Made by a program: the position numbers and the translations under genes. Below, in pieces: positions 51,498 to 60,744 of a stretch of DNA of 64,000 nucleotides. The DNA comes from an uncultured Chloroflexia bacterium (GTDB taxonomy: Bacteria; Chloroflexota; Limnocylindria; Limnocylindrales; CSP1-4). How positions within the stretch are numbered: the first letter of the stretch is position 1; every line of letters begins with the position of its first letter. Below the pieces are notes generated by a model. That model was not told where the DNA came from and searched no databases. It saw only the letters and a program-made list of their open reading frames with translations. The DNA lies in the NCBI GenBank assembly GCA_963715295.1, contig CAVQRP010000001.1, positions 398,969-462,968 of the forward strand, given 5' to 3'.

Positions 51498-52619
51498 GTG
51501 AAGCTGTCCTTGATGCAGGAGAACCTGGCCCGGGGCCTGTCCCTCGTAAGCCGTGCCGTCAGCAGTCGGGCGACCCTGCCAGTCCTCGCCAACGTCCTGC
51601 TCAAGACGCAGGACGGCGGGCTGCGTCTGACGGCCACCAACCTGGAGATCGGCATCTCCGTCTGGGTGCCGGGCAAGATCGAGAGCGATGGCACCATGAC
51701 CGTGCCGGCCCGCCTGCTGACAGACATGGTCGGCGGGCTGCCCTCAGGCGAGCGTGTCGACCTCGAGATGGAGAAGGAGAACAGCCTTCTTATCCGGGCC
51801 GGCAGCTACACCACCCGGCTGCGTGGTATCGATGCCGAGGAGTTCCCCGTCATCCCTGCCGCCGGCGAGCGCCCCACCACCCAGGTCAGCCAGAAGGCCA
51901 TGCGTCGGGCGTTGGGCGAAGTGACCTTCGCTGCTGCAGCCGACGAGACACGGCCCATCCTCACCGGCGTGCTGACGCAGTTATCGGGTGAGACGCTGAC
52001 GCTGGCCGCTGCCGACAACTACCGCATCGCGGTCAAGACGCTGGATCTGCTGCAGTCGGTGGAGGAGACGAGCGTGGTCATCCCGGCGCGCTCGTACGTC
52101 GAGTTGATGCGTGTCCTCGGTGATACCGACGACCCGGTGGACATCATCCTTGCCCAAGCCAAGAGCCAGGTCATCTTCAAGGTCGACACGACCGAGGTCG
52201 TCAGCCGTCTCATCGACGGCCAGTTCCCCAACTACCAGTCGGTGCTGCCGACCTCGCACAGCACCCGCGCCCTCGTCGACCGGGACGAGCTGCTCAAGGC
52301 CGTGCGCCTGACGGCGCTCATCGCTTCGTCGTCAGCAAACGTGGTCCGACTCGGCTTCGGTGAAGAGGACAACCCCGCTGCCATCGCCGTCAACGCCAAG
52401 GCCGACGTGGGCGATGCCGAGGGTCGCGTCGAGGCCCAGCTCGAGGGCGACCCGGTCACCATCGCTTTCAACGCCCGCTACCTGGTCGAGGCCCTGCAGA
52501 ACATGGATGGTGAGCAGCTCGCGGTCGAGCTCAGCGGACCGCTCGCGCCCGGAGTGCTCAAGCCGGTCGATGATCCGGCCTACGTGCACGTGATCATGCC
52601 GGTGCGTACACCCTCCTGA
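51498..52619 (+). CDS. dnaN: DNA polymerase III beta sliding clamp
   Basis: Intact 373 aa with a GTG start: MKLSLMQENLARGLSLVSRAVSSRATLPVLANVLL...LTATNLEIGI...RLIDGQFPNYQSVLP. Confidence 0.95.
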   Translation: MKLSLMQENLARGLSLVSRAVSSRATLPVLANVLLKTQDGGLRLTATNLEIGISVWVPGKIESDGTMTVPARLLTDMVGGLPSGERVDLEMEKENSLLIRAGSYTTRLRGIDAEEFPVIPAAGERPTTQVSQKAMRRALGEVTFAAAADETRPILTGVLTQLSGETLTLAAADNYRIAVKTLDLLQSVEETSVVIPARSYVELMRVLGDTDDPVDIILAQAKSQVIFKVDTTEVVSRLIDGQFPNYQSVLPTSHSTRALVDRDELLKAVRLTALIASSSANVVRLGFGEEDNPAAIAVNAKADVGDAEGRVEAQLEGDPVTIAFNARYLVEALQNMDGEQLAVELSGPLAPGVLKPVDDPAYVHVIMPVRTPS

Positions 52620-52674
52620 TCGACGTCGCGGCCCGCACCACACCGGCCGATGCCGACACGCCTGTGCTCGTCTG

Positions 52675-53811
52675 ATGCCGGTCCGCCGCCTCACCCTCGA
52701 CGGGTTCCGCAGCTATGAGCACCTCGAGCTCACCTTCGGTGATGGCCCGCACGTCGTCGTCGGGCGAAACGCTGCCGGCAAGACCAACCTGGTCGAGTCG
52801 CTGGTGGTGCTCTCGTCGGGGCGATCGCACCGCAGCTCGGCAGATCCCGAGCTCGTTCGCTGGGGCGCCGAGTTCGCACGGGTGTCCGCCGAGGTGGACA
52901 CCTCCGGCCGACGGGAGGAGCTGGAGGTCGTGGTCCATGCCAGGGGCAGCGCCTCGGGAGCCCGCAAGCGCATCCGTGTCAACGGCGTCAACCGCCGTGC
53001 CTCGGCGCTGTGGCCGGCGCTGCGCACCGTGCTGTTCGCGCCCGAGGACATGCTGCTGATCATCGGATCGCCTTCGTTGCGCCGGAACCTGCTCGATACC
53101 CTGGTGGCGCACCAGGAACCGACAGCGGCGGCGGTGCTGTCCACCTACCAGCGCACACTCACGCAGCGCAACTCGCTGCTGCGACGCATCCGCGAGGAGG
53201 AGGCCGACCGGGCCGAGCTGGCCTACTGGGACGCGGCCATGGTCGAGAACGGTGGCCTCATCCTCGACTGGCGCCAGGCGACCCTGGCAGCGCTGGCGGG
53301 ACCGCTGGTCGAAGCCCATCGCGAGATCGCGCCCGACGAGTACGGGCTGACGTTGCGCTACGCCTCCAACGTGGAGCGCGGCCCCGCCGAAGGCAATGCC
53401 GACGCGCTGCGCCGACGCCTGCGAGAGACCGCCGACAAGGAGATCTGGAACGGCGCCACGCTGGTCGGCCCACACCGCGACGATCTCGTCTTCGAGTCGG
53501 ACGGTCGCGAGCTGACCGAGTTCGCTTCACGTGGCCAGCAGCGGACAGCCATCCTGGCGCTGAAGCTGGCCGAGCTGGACCTGCTGACCGCGCTCGACGG
53601 GCGGCCGCCGTTGCTGTTGCTGGACGATGTCTTCAGCGAACTTGACCCCGAGCGTCGTGCCCATCTGGTTCGACGTATCGGCAGCCTGCCGCAAGCCATC
53701 GTGACCACCACCACGCCTGACGACCTCGATCCGGCGCTGGTCGCCGCCTCCACCGTATGGCGGGTCGAGCCGGGGAGCGTGCGAGCAGCCGGAGAGCCGG
53801 CCACTCCATGA
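52675..53811 (+). CDS. recF: DNA replication and repair protein RecF
   Basis: Intact 378 aa: LTLDGFRSYEHLEL.F..GPHVVVGRNAAGKTNLVESL (Walker A), GPHRDDL, SRGQQRTAILALKLAE and LLLDDVFSELD. Confidence 0.95.
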   Translation: MPVRRLTLDGFRSYEHLELTFGDGPHVVVGRNAAGKTNLVESLVVLSSGRSHRSSADPELVRWGAEFARVSAEVDTSGRREELEVVVHARGSASGARKRIRVNGVNRRASALWPALRTVLFAPEDMLLIIGSPSLRRNLLDTLVAHQEPTAAAVLSTYQRTLTQRNSLLRRIREEEADRAELAYWDAAMVENGGLILDWRQATLAALAGPLVEAHREIAPDEYGLTLRYASNVERGPAEGNADALRRRLRETADKEIWNGATLVGPHRDDLVFESDGRELTEFASRGQQRTAILALKLAELDLLTALDGRPPLLLLDDVFSELDPERRAHLVRRIGSLPQAIVTTTTPDDLDPALVAASTVWRVEPGSVRAAGEPATP

Positions 53812-54152
53812 ACCGGCGCCGACGTCCGCTCCACCGCCTGGGCGACCTGCTCCCCGGCATCGCCACGCAGCTGGGCCTGGACGAGGAGCTGCGCTCGGCG
53901 CGGGCCATGTCTTCGTGGACTCGCATCGTGGAGGAGCTGGTGCCCGCTGCCTCAGGCGCCTCGCGGCTATTGGAGATCAGGCCACCAGGCTTGTACGTCG
54001 CCGCCGACGATGCTGCCACCGGTCAGGAGCTGCGCCTGCGCTCGCCGGAGCTGCTCGATGCCTTTGCCTCGGCGCCCGGTGGGCAACGCTTGCTGGAGCT
54101 GCACGTGCTGGTGCGAAGGGCACGAAACGGGGAATCGGAGCGGCCACGCTAG
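53808..54152 (+). CDS. DUF721 (DciA-like) protein
   Basis: The ATG overlaps the recF stop (ATGA). MNRRRRPLHRLGDLLPGIATQLGLDEELRSARAMSSWTRIVEELV...LLEIRPPGLYVAADDAATGQELRLRSPELLDAF. The position after recF is as in Actinobacteria. Confidence 0.7.
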   Translation: MNRRRRPLHRLGDLLPGIATQLGLDEELRSARAMSSWTRIVEELVPAASGASRLLEIRPPGLYVAADDAATGQELRLRSPELLDAFASAPGGQRLLELHVLVRRARNGESERPR

Positions 54153-54189
54153 ACTAAGCCGCTCATGGCTACCCGACTCGAGATCACGC

Positions 54190-56275
54190 ATGGAATCGAT
54201 CGCCGAGCGGGACCGGCTTCCGACCTCAGCCGACACGCTCAGCGTGACCCGGCCGACGACCGGATCGACCACCCGCTCCAAGGGTGTGCTCTTCGTCCTC
54301 GTCGGCTCGACCCTCCCGGGACCCCGGGCCCGGGAGGCCACGCAGCTCGTCGCCGACACCATTCGGCACGAGTACTACTACGACGAGTCGGCCGGCGTGC
54401 CGGTCTGCCTGGAGAAGGCGGTCAAGAGCGCCGATCGACGGCTACGCAGCAGTCGCGAGGGGGCCGGCCTCCCTCCTGGCTCGCTTGGCGTCGCCGCCGC
54501 CGTGATCCGCAACAACGAGCTCTACCTCGCCACCCTGGGCGCAGCGGAGGCGTACCTCGTGCGCTCCGCTCGCCTGCTCATCCCTGATCGCAGCGCCCCC
54601 GGTGGACTGCCCAGCGATGACGGCCGCTCCGTCGAAGTGTGGCGCGGCGAGCTCGAGCGTGGGCGATGCGCTCCTGCTGGTGTCGCGCAACGTGACCGAG
54701 ACCATCGGCACCGAGGAGCTCAAGAGCGCGATCCTGACGCTCCACCCGCAAGCGGCCGCGGAGCACCTCCACCACCTGTTCGTGGCTGCCGGCGGTGCCG
54801 GCTCGGACGGGGTCCTGGCCGTGGAGGCCAAGGAGCAGACCACGCGCGTCAGCGGACGCGTCGGCACGGCCGTGGGCGACGCCTACTCCGACCTGCCGGG
54901 GCCTGCCCCGGAACCTATCAGTGCCTCGGTGGCGGGCCTCACCGGCACGCTCGAGGGTCTGCGCGAGCGCTTCTGGGCTGCGATGCCGCGGCGCGAGGCA
55001 CGCGCGCACGAGATCACCGCGGCCACGACGCGGGCGGAGTACCAGCGCCGGGCGGCCATGGGCCTGCTCGCGCTCGTCGGGGTCGTCTTCGCTGTCGGAC
55101 TCGTGCTGGTGCTGGTGCCGCGCGGGAGCGACGTTTCCGAGATCCCCCAGATCGCCGGCAGCGACACGGCCCTGGGCTCGGCGCTCGACTTCGTCAACCG
55201 CGCCGACAACCTCGTCACCACCGAGCCCCCCACCGCGCTCGAGTACTATCGCGAGGCTTGGGTCGAGGTCAGGCAGGCGCGCGGAACGGGCCTCAGCGCG
55301 CCCGCCCTCGATGACCTCGAGGCCCGTGTGCGCACCGGCCTGGACGGCCTGTACGACGCCCGCAGCCCCGACATCGAGCGTATCGCGGGTTTGCCACCGG
55401 GCTCCGATCCGGCGTACCTGGTGGAGGACACGCAGGGCGGAGCCGTCTACATCGACCGCGCCACTGGCACGGTCCACCGGGCCAACCTCAAGACCGGCAA
55501 GGTAGCCGACATCGTCGCCGAGGGCGACAAGCAGAAGGGAACCGATCGCACCATCGGCGAACCGCTCCAACTGGCTGCGGCTGGGCCCGACGTGGTCATC
55601 GTCGACGACAAGGCGCGGCCCTGGCGTTGGCGTCCGTCCAACTCGGCAGGTGCGGGCACGCTCGCGCAACTCGCGCTCCAGGGTCGCTCCGGCTTCGAAG
55701 CCGATCACGGCGACGTGGAGGCCTATGACCCCACCGTTGGCGAGTACCGCATGTATGTCGCCGAGCCTGACTTCAACCAGATCATGCGCTACCAGCAGAC
55801 CTTCGATGGCAGCTCGTTCCAGGAGCCCTCGCCGTACCTGGCCTCGCAAGCCGCCGAGGTCGCCCAGTTCGACCAGCTCTACATCGACTTCGATGTCTAC
55901 GCGCTCTTCCAGAACAGCGTCCGGCGCCACACCTATGGGCGCTGGGACGGCAACTTCTCCATCGACCTGCCGCCCGACGACCTGGACCTGCGACCCGGTC
56001 ATGCCTACCGGCTGCTGGACGGCTCCGGCCGCTCCAGCAGCGACGGCCGGATCTATCTCTACGACGCCCTGCACGGTCGCGTCGTGGGCTTCAGCAAGGT
56101 GAACGGCAACTACATCGGGCAGTGGCTGCCCGCCGGCGAAGGCGGCGAGATGGAGGACGTCCGCGGCATGTACGTCATCGAGGGTGGGACGACCAAGAAG
56201 GGCAAGCGCAAGAACGACACGCTCGTCTGGGTCACGCCCGATGCCATCTACCGCACCACGCTGGCGGTCAACTGA
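54190..56275 (+). CDS. Membrane protein: degenerate PP2C-like cytoplasmic domain, one TM helix, and a large extracytoplasmic repeat-rich domain (one frame break near 54650)
   Basis: MESIAERD... VLFVLVGSTLPGPRAREATQLVADTI..., GVAAAVIRNNELYLATLGAAEAYLVR, VGDALLLVSRNVTETIGTEEL and GSDGVLAVEA follow PPM-fold motif order but lack the metal-binding Asp residues. The TM segment is AAMGLLALVGVVFAVGLVLVLV (about 55050..55115), followed by about 380 aa with beta-strand-rich repeats. Confidence 0.5.
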
Positions 56276-56339
56276 GGCTCATCGCTGCGCCCGGGTGCCC
56301 GCCGCCGGCCGAGTGTCCCGACACCGCTAGAATCGAGGC

Positions 56340-56957
56340 ATGACCGGGGCGACGCGCGAGATGATGGTCGAGAGCGTGCGCGTGCACATGCTCTCCTCGC
56401 AGCACGTGGTCATCCTGCGGGAGGCCGATGAGGAGCGCTACCTGCCCATCTGGATCGGCAGCTGGGAGGCGCAGTCCATCGCCATGAAGCTGCAGGGAGT
56501 GGAGGCGGAGCGCCCCCTTACCCACGACCTGCTGGCGACCCTCCTCGTGGAGTTGGGCGTGAGCGTTCTGCGCATCCTCATCTCCGACCTGGCCGACGAG
56601 ACCTTCCGCGCCCGCATCGTGCTGGTGCAGGGTGGCAGCGACTTCGAGGTCGATGCCCGCCCCAGCGACGCCATCGCTCTCGCGGTTCGCGTGGGTGCAC
56701 CCATCTTTGCCACCGAGGCCGTGCTCGACCGTGCCGGCGTCATCCCCGAGGCCGACGAAGACGAGAAGCTCAACGTCTTCCGTGAGTTCGTCAACTCGCT
56801 CGACGTGGAGCCCGGGGAGGGAAGTGGTCCAGGCGGTGCTGCCCCCGGTGGCCCGCCCACCGGGCTGCCACCTGCGGAACCGCCACTCGACGATCGTCCC
56901 CGCGGCGAGCACCCGACGGACGATCACACCGGCGATGCCGACGAGGGGCGGGCCTAG
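56340..56957 (+). CDS. Bifunctional nuclease (DUF151/BFN) domain protein with a Gly/Pro-rich tail
   Basis: VVILREADEERYLPIWIGSWEAQSIAMKLQGVEAERPLTHDLL...FRARIVL......VDARPSDAIALAVRVGAPIFATEAVL is the typical DUF151 core. Confidence 0.75.
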   Translation: MTGATREMMVESVRVHMLSSQHVVILREADEERYLPIWIGSWEAQSIAMKLQGVEAERPLTHDLLATLLVELGVSVLRILISDLADETFRARIVLVQGGSDFEVDARPSDAIALAVRVGAPIFATEAVLDRAGVIPEADEDEKLNVFREFVNSLDVEPGEGSGPGGAAPGGPPTGLPPAEPPLDDRPRGEHPTDDHTGDADEGRA

Positions 56958-57775
56958 GGCTGTTCGGCGCCCTGTTGGCCCAGGACGGGCTGGCCGCGCC
57001 GCAGTGCCGCGCTGCGGTTGACCCACAGCCGCAGGCGCAACGACCAGAAGTCCTTCACCGCGCGCAGCACCACCCGCGGGTCCGCGCCGGACGCCTTGCC
57101 GGCCGTGCGGGGGTAGTGCGGCACACCCTCTTCGACGATGACGCCGCCGCGCTCGCCGATCTTGATGAGCAGCTCTGCCGAGAGGAACGCACCTCCGGAC
57201 TCCACGCGCACTCCTTCGAGCGTCTCGCGGCGGAAGAGCTTGCAGGCACAGTCCGGATCCCGTACGCGTAGCCCGAAGAAGAGCCGCAACGTGGCGCGGT
57301 AGACACGCGCGTAGGCCAGGCGGACGGCTGGATCAGCGCGCCGGATGCGATAGCCGACCACCACGTCGGGTCGTCGACCGGTGGGGCCGGGTTCGTCGAG
57401 CCGCGCCGTCAGTCGCCCCAGGTCGGCTACGCGGAACTGGCGATCGCCGTCGGTGAAGCAGACCAGCGGGTAGCGAGCGGCCGCGAGCCCTGAGCGTACG
57501 GCCGCTCCGTAGCCAAGGTTGGCCGGGTGATGGACGACGCGCACGACGCCGCTGTGGGCGGATGCGAGCCTGTCGGCGATCTCGCCGGTGCCGTCGGTGC
57601 TGCCGTCATCGACGGCGATGATCTCGAAACGCTGTGCCAGCTTGCCCAGCTCGTCGAGCGCCTCGGCCACGAGCGCCTCGATGTTGGCGGCCTCGTCATG
57701 GGCGGGGAAGAAGTAGCTCAGGGCCTCCACGCGCGCCGTGGAGGGCGTCGCCGCTTCGGTCGGTCGATCAGGCAC
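56954..57775 (-). CDS. GT2-family polyprenyl-phosphate glycosyltransferase (Ppm1/DPM1/ArnC-like)
   Basis: Intact 273 aa: LSYFFPAHDEAANIEALV, EIIAVDDGSTDGT, HPANLGYGAAVRSG, FTDGDRQF (DxD-type) and ELLIK. It is convergent with the nuclease gene, and the two stop codons overlap (CTAG). Confidence 0.85.
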   Translation of the reverse strand: MPDRPTEAATPSTARVEALSYFFPAHDEAANIEALVAEALDELGKLAQRFEIIAVDDGSTDGTGEIADRLASAHSGVVRVVHHPANLGYGAAVRSGLAAARYPLVCFTDGDRQFRVADLGRLTARLDEPGPTGRRPDVVVGYRIRRADPAVRLAYARVYRATLRLFFGLRVRDPDCACKLFRRETLEGVRVESGGAFLSAELLIKIGERGGVIVEEGVPHYPRTAGKASGADPRVVLRAVKDFWSLRLRLWVNRSAALRRGQPVLGQQGAEQP

Positions 57776-57799
57776 GCACCCATCCTAGGGCCACGCGCT

Positions 57800-59335
57800 T
57801 CACTCGGTCTTGCGGGCCACCACACGCCGCAGGTCGACCGGCACATCAGGCACCGGCTCCAGCGCATAACGCCTGCCCAGGGCGTCCACATCGCGCTCGA
57901 GGCGGATGACATAGACGGGCCGCTGGCCGAGGTAGTGATCGATGGCCGCCTCGACCGTCCCGAAGCCATCGTCGAGGATGTCGCGGTCATCGATGATGGT
58001 CACGTCCGGGCGGCGCCCCTCCACCCAGCGTCCGTACCACAGCGGTGTCGAGTACGACCACCACGACAGCACGACCGCGTTCGGCTCGAGGGCCGTGAAG
58101 GTCGCCTCCAGCACAGCACGACCCCGGTCGTCGTCGGACGCGTCCAGCGCCCTGTAGCGGTCGACGGCCGGGACCAGCGCGGCCACCAGCAGCAGCCCCA
58201 CCAGGCCCCCGGCTGCGATTCGCGCGACGCCGTCATCGCCCGGGCGCTGGAGGACGTCCCGCAGCACATCCCAGGCGGCGTCCGCCGCCAGTGCCAGCCA
58301 CAGCGCCGCCACCAGCAGCGGCACAAGGTAGTAGCGCTCGATGTTGGCGTTGGGGTAGCCGATGGCGAAGAGCCAGGTACAGGCGAACCAGAGCAGGGTC
58401 AGGACGGTCAGGCGCGGGTGCCGCCACAGGCCCGCGATGACGCCCCCGACGGCCACCACCGAGAGGTAGCCGAAGTTGCGCACGAGCTCGTTGCCGATGG
58501 CTGACAGCATGTCCGGGAGCGAGGGCAGGGGTCCGAACGCGCCCTGGAACTGCTCGCCCAGCACTACGTACCAGAACGAACCCCAGGTCTCTGGGTTGGC
58601 GTAGTCGAGGGGCGGGTCCATGCCCGAGCGCAGGGGCAGGTACAGGTAGACCAGCGTCGCGGTGAGCAGCAATGCTCCGGCCGCCGCCAGCACCAGGCGC
58701 CAGCGCCGCCACAGGATGCGCGGAGCGACCAGGAGCACGTAGGCCGCGATGCCCGGTGCCAGCAGTAGCGTCAGGGCATGGTTGCCCAGCGCCAGCCCGT
58801 AGGTGACGGCCGCCGCCAGCAGCCACCACGCCGCCCGTCGGGGCCGCGTCGCCTCGGCGCTGGCCCATGCCGCCAGCAGGACCAGCAGCAGGGCCGCGAG
58901 GAACACGTGCAGCGCGTGAGGGTCGGCGCGCTGGCCCCAGTGCCAGGCAACGGGGCCTACGGCGAAGGCGATGCCGGCCAGCAGGCCCACGGCCCAGCGC
59001 CGGGTGGCTTGCACCACGCGCACTGCCAGCAGGGCGGCCGCACCCGCCATCAGCAGGGCTGAGAGCAGGTCTGCCCGGTAGGCTTCGTTGCCGGCCGGAG
59101 CCAGCACGACGGAGGCCAGCCAGGCCAGCAGGGTGTAGCTTGGGTAGCCGGTCGGGTGGGCGATGCCGAGCACGCTCCCGATGGTCTGGAACTCGGCCGT
59201 GTCCCAGAGCCCGACGTCCGGCAGCAGTGTGCGCACGTAGAGCACCAACGCCAGGCCGAACACCGGTATCACCGCGAGCGCGTAGCGGGGCGCGTTGCCC
59301 ACCGGGCCGCGATCGGGCGTGGCGGTGCTCACCAC
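57800..59335 (-). CDS. DUF2723-family (TMEM260-like) GT-C membrane glycosyltransferase
   Basis: GTG at 59335/59332 overlaps the stop of the upstream gene. LLPDVGLWDTAEFQTIGSVLGIAHPTGYPSYTLLAWL is the DUF2723 signature. There are more than 10 TM helices, then a soluble C-terminal domain. The track ORF extends to 59671, but that N-terminus is Arg/Pro-rich and non-coding-like. Confidence 0.75.
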   Translation of the reverse strand: MVSTATPDRGPVGNAPRYALAVIPVFGLALVLYVRTLLPDVGLWDTAEFQTIGSVLGIAHPTGYPSYTLLAWLASVVLAPAGNEAYRADLLSALLMAGAAALLAVRVVQATRRWAVGLLAGIAFAVGPVAWHWGQRADPHALHVFLAALLLVLLAAWASAEATRPRRAAWWLLAAAVTYGLALGNHALTLLLAPGIAAYVLLVAPRILWRRWRLVLAAAGALLLTATLVYLYLPLRSGMDPPLDYANPETWGSFWYVVLGEQFQGAFGPLPSLPDMLSAIGNELVRNFGYLSVVAVGGVIAGLWRHPRLTVLTLLWFACTWLFAIGYPNANIERYYLVPLLVAALWLALAADAAWDVLRDVLQRPGDDGVARIAAGGLVGLLLVAALVPAVDRYRALDASDDDRGRAVLEATFTALEPNAVVLSWWSYSTPLWYGRWVEGRRPDVTIIDDRDILDDGFGTVEAAIDHYLGQRPVYVIRLERDVDALGRRYALEPVPDVPVDLRRVVARKTE

Positions 59336-60744
59336 CCCAGCGTGACGCCCCAGTAGACGCCCCAGGCGTTGACGGCGATCGAGGCCGCCACGAGCCCGAC
59401 CGAGATGGCGCCGACACCGAGGCGGGCGATACCGAGCGCCACGAGGATGACTGCGAAGGGCGCGAAGTCGTTGCTGAAGCGGTAGCCGAACTGGACCCAG
59501 CCCTGGCTGAAGTGCATCAGGTCGATGAGCGCGATCGACAGCATCGCCAGGGCCGACCCGGCCACGATGCGACGTCGCCACTGGCGCCACAGCACCGGGA
59601 TCATCAGCAGATAGGCCGGGCTCGTCAGCAGGATGCTCATGCCGATCGGATCTGGTCGCAGCAGCGGGCAATCGCGGTCCAGTAGCGAGCCTGGCGTGAT
59701 CGCCTCTCCGGCGCAGGCGGGGTCATGCAGCAGCGGTATCGATGGCGGCTGGCCCAGCATGATGGCGGCGTTCTGGGGGATGTAGCGCGGATCCTCGATG
59801 GCCCAGTCGGGGTTCACCAGCTCCGGCCGGGGCCGGTACTCGACCTCGTAGAGGTAGTCGTAGGCCGGATGGAAGAGCGCCCCGGTGGTGATCAGGTTGT
59901 AGCCCAGCAGCAAGACCACCGGTAGCAGCGCGCCGCTACCGGCAGCGACGGCGCGGCGCAGCCATGAGCCGCCACCCCCGACGAAGACGAAGAACGGGGC
60001 GCCGAAGAGCGTCGTCAGCCTGGCCGTGGCAGCCAGGCCGAAGGCGATGCCGGCGGCGAGTTGCCGACGCGTGGCCGCACGCCGGCCGTCAGCGCGCACG
60101 GCGATGGCGATGGCGATGAACAGGCAGGCGCTGGCTACGGTGTGCGCCAGGAACCATGTCGTGCCCAGCATGGCCGCGTACCAGGCCACTGTCCCGAAGC
60201 CGTAGAACAGCGTGCCCAGCAGCGCCGCGGAGCGCCGGGGCGTCACACCCAGCAGCATCAGCCAGCACAGGGCCACGTTGACGGCGCCCAGACCGGCCGC
60301 GACCGCCGCCCCGTTGGTGCCCAGTCCCCAGACCGCCACGAACGGCAGCAGGACGATGGCCGGCAGCGGCGGGAACGGCACCTGTGCCAGGCCGGGTGCT
60401 ACGGGCAGTACATCCTGGAAGTAGTCGTTGCGGTACGGGCCTTCGCTGACGGGATAGGCGATCTCCGCCCGGCCGTGCAGGAAGGCGTCGGCTTGCCACA
60501 CGAAGTGATCGTAGAAGTCATACCGTGTCGGGTTCGAGCTGAAGTAGACGAGCGCCGCCAGCAGCAGCAGCCCGAGGGCGACCCAGCCGGGATGGATCCG
60601 CCCCAGGGCCACCTCCAGACGCCCGCCCCGAGCGAGGCTCGCGGACGGGTCGAGGGCGGCTTGGGGACCCGTTGATATACTCGCCTTCACCTCAACGCTT
60701 TCCCAGGAGGCAGGTCGTCGCCGGTGACAACGACCCTTGCGCAA
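59329..60744 (-). CDS. Polytopic GT-C-type (ArnT/PMT-like) glycosyltransferase, subfamily unassigned; start uncertain
   Basis: Intact ORF with about 12 TM helices and a periplasmic-loop motif, YDFYDHFVWQADAFLHGRAEIAYP...DYFQDV. The track start (TTG at 60744) would overlap the divergent gene. An internal GTG near 60690 is possible. Confidence 0.6.
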   Translation of the reverse strand: MRKGRCHRRRPASWESVEVKASISTGPQAALDPSASLARGGRLEVALGRIHPGWVALGLLLLAALVYFSSNPTRYDFYDHFVWQADAFLHGRAEIAYPVSEGPYRNDYFQDVLPVAPGLAQVPFPPLPAIVLLPFVAVWGLGTNGAAVAAGLGAVNVALCWLMLLGVTPRRSAALLGTLFYGFGTVAWYAAMLGTTWFLAHTVASACLFIAIAIAVRADGRRAATRRQLAAGIAFGLAATARLTTLFGAPFFVFVGGGGSWLRRAVAAGSGALLPVVLLLGYNLITTGALFHPAYDYLYEVEYRPRPELVNPDWAIEDPRYIPQNAAIMLGQPPSIPLLHDPACAGEAITPGSLLDRDCPLLRPDPIGMSILLTSPAYLLMIPVLWRQWRRRIVAGSALAMLSIALIDLMHFSQGWVQFGYRFSNDFAPFAVILVALGIARLGVGAISVGLVAASIAVNAWGVYWGVTLGW

